From Trichoplax adhaerens (taxonomy: Eukaryota; Animalia; Placozoa): 64,000 nucleotides of DNA. Position 1 is the first letter of the stretch, and each line of letters starts with the position of its first letter. The notes under the pieces are model-generated. The model was not told the origin of the DNA. It searched no databases and was given only the letters and a program-made list of their open reading frames with translations. Made by a program: the position numbers and the translations under genes. Positions 53,750-64,000 of the stretch are shown here, in pieces. The stretch is from contig NW_002060948.1 in assembly GCF_000150275.1 (NCBI RefSeq), positions 1,573,983 to 1,637,982 on the forward strand, in the 5' to 3' direction.

Positions 53750-56700
53750 TTAATTAGAATTAGCTTCATTTTGAGTTTCAGTTTGATCGACGGATATAGG
53801 AAAGCCAAGCACCTGCTCTGCAAATGTATTAGCTGATATGTTTTCAGATAGCTGCTCTTCCAATAATGTTTCACTATTATCGGTCGGATAGTAAGAGGCA
53901 GTTTCCAGACTTCCACCAATATCAGAGTATCCTAACAGAGTTCCAAAGCATTCTGCTAGCTCAGATTCAGTAATATGCTCGCCTATATTAGTCAAAATAA
54001 TTAAGTCGTAAGTACATTTTTGGCCATATCTGTTGTATTTTAGTTTTAACAGATTGAGTTGTACACTGTAAGTTTAGTTTATTAATAAATATAAAAATGC
54101 TTAATAATGTTATATAGATTTACCTTTGCTCTGCAATACTTTTAGTAAATCTCCTCGATCGATAGTGTATTGACCATTCTGTTCAATGCCAAGGATTTTA
54201 AATACCTCATTTAGACGACCAGGTGGTATACCGAAAGCCGGTCGATGATTAATGTACACTAAAAAGTAAAGGATTATATTATTCTAAACTAATCTATTCA
54301 TATATATGTATATTTATGGCGTATCTCTAAGGAAGATTTAGGCTAATGTAAATCGATGTTTCATTTTAATCAAGTTTTATTTTAGTTAATCATAGGAAAT
54401 ATCTTACACTTAATTAAAGATTCTAGGTCTATTTCTTCAACAAATTTTTCAGTTTCAATGTATTCACTGAATTTAATTTCATTGACCATATCATCAATCT
54501 GTTAATAAAAGTAAATTTCATGATTAATTAAATCAGAGTAAGAAAACAAAATGACTTCATCTACGAAAAATTTAATAATACGTAAATTAATGCATCAAGA
54601 AACTATATTTTGTATTACTATACTAAAATAGATAGTTAATGCTGAGGTTAATCTAATGAGTTGCTTTATTAACTATATGGAGATAGACAATTATGAGCCA
54701 ATACTTAATTCTGGACATTCGTATGAGAACGAAGCACAACTAATCCTCTTGAGCAAGAAGATTACAATTGTGTTTTGAGCGTGCAAGGCTAGTATCGAGG
54801 AAAGTACGGTAGCAATTTACCAAATAAATAACTATTCTCAGTAGTAGTAAATAAGTATGGGTTTACCTCTTGTTCGGTAGGATAGAAACCTAAAGCTCGC
54901 ATAATGTAAGGTATTTGTCTCAATGCAACTTTAGTTGAGACTTTTCTCGACTCCATGGTGTCGATACCTTGACTGAAAATAACGTAATGTCCAATTTACA
55001 TTAACATTGACCGTATACAAGTATAGATTAAGATGAACTATGATCACTTTAGATCCTTATCAATTATTAGATTTTAATGCAAATGCTAGTTTAAAAAGCA
55101 ACTACAGATGATTAAATTAAATAAATAAAAAGACTTACGTTCTAATCTGGGCATAGTAGAAATAGTTTTCCAGTTCGGCGAAGAGTTCACCCTCTCGGCC
55201 TCCATCCATTAAATTATAGAATGGTACCATATCTTCGCCGCCAAGATGAACAGCTGCTTCGAGAGCTCTGTACAGTAGAAATCCCATTAATAATTGATAT
55301 GTAACTGCTAGGATTAGTTTAGTAAGATTGATTTTATTTCTATAAAATGTTTATCATGACTTACTCGATATTGGTTTTCCACATAAAAACTGTAGAATCT
55401 GAACCGCCTGAGGTGAAAATATGCTGACCATCATAAGAACAAGCCATATTGGTAACCTGTCAGAATTAAATTTTATCTTAGTCCGTCTTCACAAAGGTAA
55501 AAGATTTTAGTTCAATTTAAGAACGTTCAGAATACTGAGGAGTTTATATGTATTTACGAAATTGTTCGGCGATACTTCAATGGTTTACGTAATATGAATT
55601 TAAATTAAAAATGCTTATACGGGTTTATTTATAGCAGTAATAATTTATCTAATGGAAAAGTTGGGACAGAATATTTTACAGGAGCTGAGATTTGCTGTAG
55701 ATTCGCGTATTTAAACTTAACGTATGACACGAGAATTATTTGCGTATGATTGTTGATATAAATGCACTTTTCATTAATTAGTCAATGATTAGTACTATTT
55801 AAGCATGATGATATATATATATAGTAGAAATATCTCTTACACGACCAGGATGGGCCATTAGAGCCATTGTTCGATGAGGGTTACCGTCAATTGGTAATAT
55901 TTGTAAACCAACCTTCATAGCAAATAATAACAACCTTTAACCAAAATATAGATGGCCTACAAATTTTTAATTTTCTGCTACTGGGTTGATCTAAATTTGA
56001 ATTAATACTATCATTGGTATCAAAATTCGCTAACTCTATAATACTTGTTAATGGAGCTACAACATATGTATATATAAGTAAAGTTTTCATCCTAAGAGAT
56101 CCCTTTAAATGAGGGACTAATTATAAATAAAAAATAAAAGATTCTTACCTTATCATTAGTAATAAAAGCCAAATAACGATTCCCATTAGGATTTTCTTGT
56201 AGTAATATTTCCATTCTATGTTAAAATTTATATTAGGAGTAAAGATTAAATTCTATTTTTGTTACCATAGCATGGATAAAGTAAATGATATCACATTGCT
56301 AAGATCTTACTTTTGCAATGGACTACCATAAGTTGGTCCTAGTAATGTCTTACGACACATCTTTGTAGTTGAATTGTATAATTTCAACTTAAACTAGAAT
56401 AGGTAAATCAATATTATACATAGAATTTAGAGGATTTTTAAATACGCAATATCATTTCTATCTCAATATAGATTCTGCTATGAATGATTATGAAGTTTGT
56501 AAGCTAAATATAGATCTAAATAGAAGTTAGATAGTAAAAAGATTAAAATTGCCATAGCTTATTGATAAATCTATTTTTCAGCATTTGAATGTGATACCTG
56601 ATCATTAGCAAGTAGTAAGAAATTCTCCTTAGTAATCGGAGGATACCAAGTAATACATGTTGGTATAGCACTCTGTTCAATTCTGTCAGTGCTCAGCATT

Positions 56701-59700
56701 TGTAAGTCATCTTTACTGCTTTTATTGAGATCATATTCCACCTATTCGCAATGAATATTATAAAATGGTCACTTAGTCTTATACTGTGCAGTTGAATATT
56801 ATAGTTTCTGTTTGTACTTACAAGGACACGATCTTTGCCAATAGAAATTAATCGAGGCAAATTAGTATCTAAAGCGATGCCAAACATTAAGCCTTTGATA
56901 GATTTGTAGTGGGCTCGTTGTCTGCCTAAATATACCCATGGTTCATCTTTATTTTTTAATTGTGATTTATAAACCGATACTGCAAAGTCATCATCCTAAT
57001 TGGTATAAATAATACGCTAATTGTAAATAACCACAGTATTTACTACGATGGAGGAAAAAATATGCATTTAAAAGATCTAAGAATATGGATTAAATTTACT
57101 ACTAATGAATCTCGGTAATTCTGTAGCAAAATTTAATCGAAATTCTACTATTTACCGCGGTAGCTAGATATTTGCAATCATGAGAGAAGCAGGCATGGCT
57201 AATGCTATCTTTACTATATTTGAAGATTGCTTGAGGCAAATCCTCCAATGTAATTGCATCCATAATTCTAATTATTCCATTTGTAAAGCCACAAGCTAAT
57301 AATCCAAATAAATTTTAAACATTATTATCAAAAAATGACTAGAGTTACATCTAAAACGCTTGTAGCTCTGTCTTACCAATGAAAGCCCCTTTAGGATCGA
57401 AAGCAATACACTGAATTAAGGTTGGCTTATCAAAAATTCTATTGCGTAAAATTTGCCTGAAAATTGAATTAATTTAAAGATATCAATATATTAACTTCTT
57501 CAGTCCTTGCAATAAGTGAAATTTCGCCATCAGCGAACTCATTATCATTCATTGATTACCTCAAATTCTTACTGACTTAAGGATATAATATAATTTAGTT
57601 CCTAATCATGTTACTTACTTGGTATTATAATTCCATATTTCAAGAGTGGCAGAATTACTTCCAATTGCTAGTCGCGGTCTATCAAAATTTGAAGAAAAAA
57701 TGAAACGATTAGGATTATTTGTTGAAATTTTACAATTTTTATATCCCTTTTTTATGTAAATTATTTTGACATAGTGATAATGTGTAGAGTACGAGAAATC
57801 TTGCAACCGTTTAATAAAAGATCAATTCAATGCATAAAAGATTTCAGCAATTTTTATTTAAATCGGCTATCGTTGACGGACAAAGTTGACGAAAATATCC
57901 ATGGAATTGTACTATAGCTATTTAATACTCACTCTGTTGGATGAGTTGCTAATGCATTTATAGCGGTATCATGCCCTTTAATAAGAATCTTTAAGAAAAA
58001 TATTTGCCGATTAAAATCAAGAACGGTAACATTATAGTTATCGCAAATTGTAGCAGTTTCACGTAAGGATAAAATAGTTATGTTTACCTCCACATGACTA
58101 CCATCTGATACAATATGTGCGATTTGAGCTAGACTTGTTGAAACAATAAAATTTGGGATTACAAATGTACTCCCATGGATGGTTGCGTCTCTTGGGTATT
58201 CGTTACGTTCGAGATCAACACTAGGAATGATTCAAATATAAATAATTCATTATCAAGATGTAGTTATCATTTATAGTTTATATAATAATTAGCTGGTATT
58301 ATACTCGTAGAAAAATAATTACGTTTTAGAGAGGTTACTGGCAAAGGAAATAGAGTTAATTGGTCCAGCGTTTATGTTGTTAAACCTAGAAGTAAAATGT
58401 AGATGATTGTATATTGAAAGAGAAGTTAATGCCAATATCAGAAAATAGTTATCTGTTAACTTACCAGTTCGTTAGTCTCATTTCGGTATCATAAAATTTA
58501 ACATGGCCCAAGCAATCACCGGTCACAATATAACTGTAGAAAATTATGATGTAAATGAATAGGTTAACTTTGATATCAACTGCTTTGTAGCAATAAATGT
58601 AAACATCTATTTATTATTGTAGTCTTCTATAACTTACTTTCCGATTGTAGTTAAGTAGGTAATTGCTTTTTCTTGTACACGAACAATTTTCAAAGCTTTC
58701 TTTAGCGGTAAGCCTGAGAATGAATATAAATTTAATAAAGCCAAGTAAAGTATTGATAGAAATTATTATTGATATATTTGATGTAACCATAAATTTATGA
58801 TATCTCTATTTTATATTACATAATTAACCTCTTTTATCCTTTCCTTTATTATCCCAAACAACAATATTACCGACACTCGTTGCTGTAAAAGCTCGGATAA
58901 CATTACGTATGAATACTGATTGACAATAATTGCCAACGGTTCTATTGAAATCCTGTGTTAATGTAATCAATGAAATTAAACAAATTAAACAAATTAAACA
59001 AATTGATCATTGTAATTGCAATATTATGCTAGCATACCTTATCAGTTAATGATGGGACATCGTAAAGTAGTTCATTAAATTGCTATAATGGTAAAAATAA
59101 ATTTTAAACTTGTATATGCACTACAAACATTAAAAAATTGGTTTTGACTTAAACTTACCCATGAATAAAATACTACTTGACGTTCGCTATTACTAATCAA
59201 CATGCGATTATCATCTGGTCTGAAAGATATATGTGTCTAAAGAAGTAGTTAAGCGATCAATAATCAGACTAATTACAAACTGAAGAATTACAAATGAAAG
59301 GCAATAATTACTTGTAATGGGATATCCTCATCTAGCTGCAATGTATGTAATAAGTTGTTATCCGCAGAAGTCCAATCCCAGACACAAAGTTCCTACCGCA
59401 GAAATTATCAAAAATAAAAAGTAGATCGAAATAAGAAATTTAATGATCTAATTCTGAGGGTCTATGCTCTTTATATGACAGAAGTTACCTGTGGTTGAGA
59501 TGCACTCAATGTTGCTAGATATTTCGAATCATTTGATAACGTCATTGCCAAAACACCGTTTTTATGAGGATCAAAAAAGGTTTGCACTGGAACTCTGGTA
59601 TCATCAAGATAGATAAGCCTTAGGATATTGTGAAACTATGTAGTTAAAAAGTATTTTGAATAGGGTTGACTTACATGTTTTGAGCATCCCAAATAACAAT

Positions 59701-60513
59701 GGTTGGATCTTTTCCTTGATCAGCAATGGCAACCCAACGTTTATCGTTGCTTACGCAAATGCATGATATACTGTTGCACTGATTGATATTATAACAATGT
59801 CACCATATATCTACATGTTAGTATACGATTTTAAGGTGATTAATCATGCTAATTTTATACTAACATGTCCTTGCAGAAGTTGTTGCTTATTGGTCTCGTA
59901 ATCGTATAATACCCCAGTATGAGCAGTGGCATAGAGGACAATCTGCATATCGAATAAATTGATGGATTAAATTGTATATGTATATACAAGTTATAGATGT
60001 GTATTGCAATGTTTGTCGTAAGTGAAAATATAGACCAAGTTTAGATGTGATCAAGGTTTGGTGTATTTGATAGATACTACAAATAATAGCGTGTTTTAAT
60101 TTGGTATTTTGTTTATAACATTACCTTTCTATCATCAGAAGCCATATTAACCACTGGGATATTTCTATTTATCCCAAACGACCACATCAAGTTCTAGTCG
60201 TAAGTTTAAATATAAGCAATATTAAAATAAAAGAAATCGATATATAGAGGTTGTAATTTTAGGTTATTACAGTTATGACTAAAATTCCATCATTAAATAT
60301 TATAAATAGACAATATTGCAATCTATTTTAATGTGATATTAGTCGAACCACGCTCGTTTGTATTTGGCGTACTGTATGGACTTGTCCTTTTTACTTTACA
60401 TTATTGACTGGCTAACAATAACTACGACTCGATGGTCTTTGCCTTACCAAAGCATTACTGGCGGTAGCAGTAGGATTGTCTGAGGTCGAATTTTCTTGAT
60501 TTTTAGTATCCAT
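53750..60513 (-). CDS. CFAP251: Cilia- and flagella-associated protein 251 (WDR66), WD40 plus EF-hand-like radial-spoke component; many short exons
   Basis: Spliced N-terminus [22 protein letters not shown]|[14 protein letters not shown]..|[26 protein letters not shown]|[31 protein letters not shown]. Internal [62 protein letters not shown]; C-terminal [18 protein letters not shown]. Confidence 0.93.
58972..59005. repeat. 9-bp microsatellite (aaattaaac)n in a CFAP251 intron
   Basis: About 3.5 copies directly visible. Confidence 0.8.
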
Positions 60514-61466
60514 TTATGATAAAGGCTTTATGAAAGTCTTATAGTTGTATTATTAGCAAGTATGATTCGACAAGTCTGAGATACTGTTGTTATACAATGT
60601 ATTTCTAAAACTGATATTTAGCAAACGTATTCTGCGATGGTTAAATCTTGGTGATAACTGTACAGATAGAAGGGACGATTAAATGGATGCTTCTTACGTA
60701 GTAATGTTTATAGTCGTCACATAGAAGAAAGTTTGGCTCTGCTACAACTAATAGCTAAAGAGAGTTGTAGGCCAATCTGCAGCATAGTCGTCATGGTTAC
60801 GTTGCAAATAGGCATAATCCTTAGGCAATTTTTACGCATGCGTGATAATGGCTTCTTACTGGCAGAGAATCCAAGGCCTCCAGACCAGATCCATTTTAGT
60901 AATAATGCTGTCTCGTTTGGCCAAGCCATAGACTTGAAGTAGTACGCTAGTAGTGTATGGAACAGTGTATAGCAAACTAAGATTTACCGTATTAATTACT
61001 GTAGTAGGGTGGTACTGCATTGGTATCACAGTAGTATACAGTATAGCCTACGTTTCAGCTGGGGTCTTTCCCACTTGTTATGGCTGAATCTGCAAGTTGA
61101 AATTGGTGGAATTTAATAGTTAGAAAAGCAAATCTACTTGCAAATCTGCAATAAACTAATGCTGTCATATGGAGTATTGCAGCTATTATCGTTAAAACAT
61201 TTTTAATGGTTCTTTAAGTGAGTAGACTACAGTTTTGACGTCAGGTAGTTTTGTTAAACAAATCATTGAATCACAGAACCGGTCGATCAAATTGGAATAT
61301 ATATATGCAGTATACTGTCTATATCGCCAAGATATTCGCACATATTGGGTAGTTATTATTATTTTCAGTTACTAGTCACGTTTATATACAATAGTAAAGC
61401 ATCGAATCGATATTACCATTAGTTTTGGTAGCCAGCAAGTACAGAGATCTATAGGAAGCACAAATC

Positions 61467-64000
61467 ATGACCGATGATAATCAAGGTTGGTATGATTGAA
61501 AATAAAGACTTGCAAAATCGTTAATGGGATTCAGCTACCATGTAGAATAGTGTTGTTTACTAATAGTACTAAAGACTAAATACAGTAGTAGAAACTGTTC
61601 CTATATTTATAGTAAACTGGAAAGTGTGCATAGACTTCATCTAGTTTTACTACTTTATTTGAAAGACTTGATTTTATGCTATTACGATTGATGTCTCGAG
61701 CTTATAACTTTATTGTACAGTTCAAACTCTACTCTGATATTTGTAGGAAAATTGAGCTTAGCATATACATCGATAGCGGTTGGCGTGGTTATTATAGTCC
61801 TTGGGGTACCGCTATGGTGGGTAACTACCGAAGTCTATCGAGCTCCATTGCCGTACAATAGAATAGCCCAGTTGGCATTTCTACAGGTGATGTTATATAA
61901 ATATACGCGTACAGTATGTAAATATGTAGCTACGGTCCTTATATTAGTAACTAAGACTGTTATATTTAATTAAAGAGTATTATCCAGTAAGCATTGCCTG
62001 GTTATAAAATGCACTTTATTTCTCTTCGATAAGCTACGTCAGTTATAACCAAAAATTTATACCGTAATATTTTATTCATTACTTACTAGTTGTAAATAAT
62101 GACTTTGTAAGTACAGTGTAATAAAGTTGATACAGCACTTTAGAACTGTACTATTGCATTTTATACAGTATGTTGTGCTGATGGCTACATTATATATTAG
62201 GCAAAAGCTCTTACGATATTGTAAATCAGTCACTACCTGCAGAGTATAGTAGCTGCAAATTAATTCTATTAGTGCAAATATTATATAATAGATTAGAGCA
62301 GACATTAGTACACTTTAAGTATGAATAGCAAATGACAAGCTAAAGCATACAATTCTATGGTATTATAATGGCTCTATCTCACGGTATCATTATTTGAAAG
62401 CTATAGCATTTATAATACTGTCAATTTTTGGTGATTATAATGGTCCATCATTGCTGCTAATATCGTAAATCATTCTTTAAGTTCTTATTTTAAAGTGTGT
62501 ACTTATTGCTCCTGTTATTATAGCCGCAAAGTGTTGTACCCGTTGAAGTAGTATGGCTAACTAAGGGAGAAGGTGTCACGGAAGAGTCCACAAAACTGTC
62601 GGAGCTACTGAAAGCTAACTTAAAGTGTAAGTAGGGTCTATAACTCCTGTATGATGTCACAGAATACAGCAATCATAAAAATGAAGAATTATTAATTTCT
62701 ACTAATTATATTGTTATGCTAAATCCACTTATTAACCATTCCATCCGTTTTATACAGCGGCCAGTTCTGATAATATGACTATCATAGATTATATTATTAC
62801 AACGAGAGTGGGTAACGAAATGGAAATGGAAATAGTTAAAGAGAATTTAATCGCACTAAATGGTCAGTATAGCCAGTATAGTATCTACTGTATGTATGCT
62901 AATAGTATTAGTACTCGACCTAGTCAGTTTTTAGTGTAGTATTTGATAGTTCCAATGTAAAATTGCTGTATTTTTTATCAGTAGAATAGTAATAACCACC
63001 CAAATCTCTATTATTGGATATGCTCTTCATATTAACATGTCGATTATGTAAACTTAATGGAGCGCCTTTGTGATTCAATTTCTTATCAACCCAGAAAAGA
63101 ATGAATTTATTTACACGATAACTTATGTATGATATCTATATCTAAATGAAAGACATTATATACCTGTACATGCCAGGAAAAATTGTAGAATTATTATGGA
63201 TACGTAAACCAAATTGTAAAATGATGACTATATGATATACCATATTGTTCTGATATAACTATTAGGTTGTGATGTGTTTATATCTATCTCGATTCATTTC
63301 TAGAAAATCTCTTTTACTTACTTTAAATTCAGTAATAGGGTATGATCATAATCAGTCACTGAATTGTTTTTTTCAATATTGTAGAATTGGATCGTAAACT
63401 TGGCGCATTAAATCCGGAATCTCAAGGATTTCGTTTCTATTTGTTGCGACCCAGTCAAATAAAGTCTCCCATAAATCGCATCTACGTAGGAAGTTACTAT
63501 TCTACATTCATTGTACTCAACGATGGTAAGTGCCCGTCAGTGTTGGGAATTTTTATTGCATTTTGTTGGATTGGATTGTTTTTATAAGCTAATTTAAATT
63601 ATTTTATTAGGTGAAAGATATGAGAGCTTTGCAACAAAGATTCAGCTTGTGGTCAAGGATATTTATGTTAATGAGAAAGTATTAAGGAATACAGTTACAT
63701 CTATTCTTGGGTTTCGTGAGAAAAAAGTTAGCTTCATTTATTGACCTGTAATACTTCCTTATTTATCAAGAACCGTAGTAGTTTATTTCTAATCGCTGAA
63801 CTTTTAAAAATAGGCCGATGTAGAAAGTATGCGAGCGATCAGATCAACGGACTGTAAGACTTCGCACTTCTATACATCTATAGGATGGCCTAGATATAGT
63901 TTATTAAATTATGCATATCTTTTTCTTACAGCTTATCAGCTATCATTTACTCTTATCAATCCTGAACCACATAATTTAATAGCAAAATGGAAGATAGCGG
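61467..64000 (+). CDS. PIGS: GPI transamidase component PIG-S, 5' part; continues past the window end
   Basis: MTDDNQ|GKLSLAYTSIAVGVVIIVLGVPLWWVTTEVYRAPLPYNRIAQL matches the PIGS signature GxPLWWxTTExYRAxLP. Later exons include YQLSFTLINPEPHNLIAKWKI. Confidence 0.93.

Noticed and set aside
57575-57590. ATATCCTT U12-type donor motif in CFAP251
   Set aside because: It lies inside an ordinary GT-AG intron whose flanking exons already splice in frame.
60717-60942. Two ~70-aa opposite-strand ORFs between CFAP251 and PIGS
   Set aside because: They lie in the bidirectional promoter/UTR region with no motifs or splice support.

Overview
AT-rich, intron-dense eukaryotic DNA with short introns. The compact layout suggests a non-bilaterian animal such as a placozoan (Trichoplax-like); this is inference only. 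Hand-spliced gene models, left to right: 5' part of VPS33A (-), TRAF-like gene 1 (-), a ~22 kb stretch that looks empty in the ORF track, TRAF-like gene 2 (-), TRIAP1/MDM35 (+), a class V PLP-dependent C-S lyase of the Egt2/CefD/LCD type (-), C1QBP (+), GATC (-), an SLC15A4-like peptide/His transporter (+), CFAP251/WDR66 (-) and the 5' part of PIGS (+). Main finding: the stretch between the two TRAF genes is not empty. It holds about five highly divergent paralogues built from very short exons, encoding small, probably secreted proteins. Members share, where resolved, a C-x5/6-(D/E)R motif and a C-terminal C-x(5-12)-C-x(2-3)-C-xn-C motif; one copy has a stop codon in its signal-peptide exon. 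Also present: several local tandem duplications, (TACTG)n tracts concentrated at housekeeping-gene promoters, and a gene set whose human orthologues map to 12q24 and chromosome 17.
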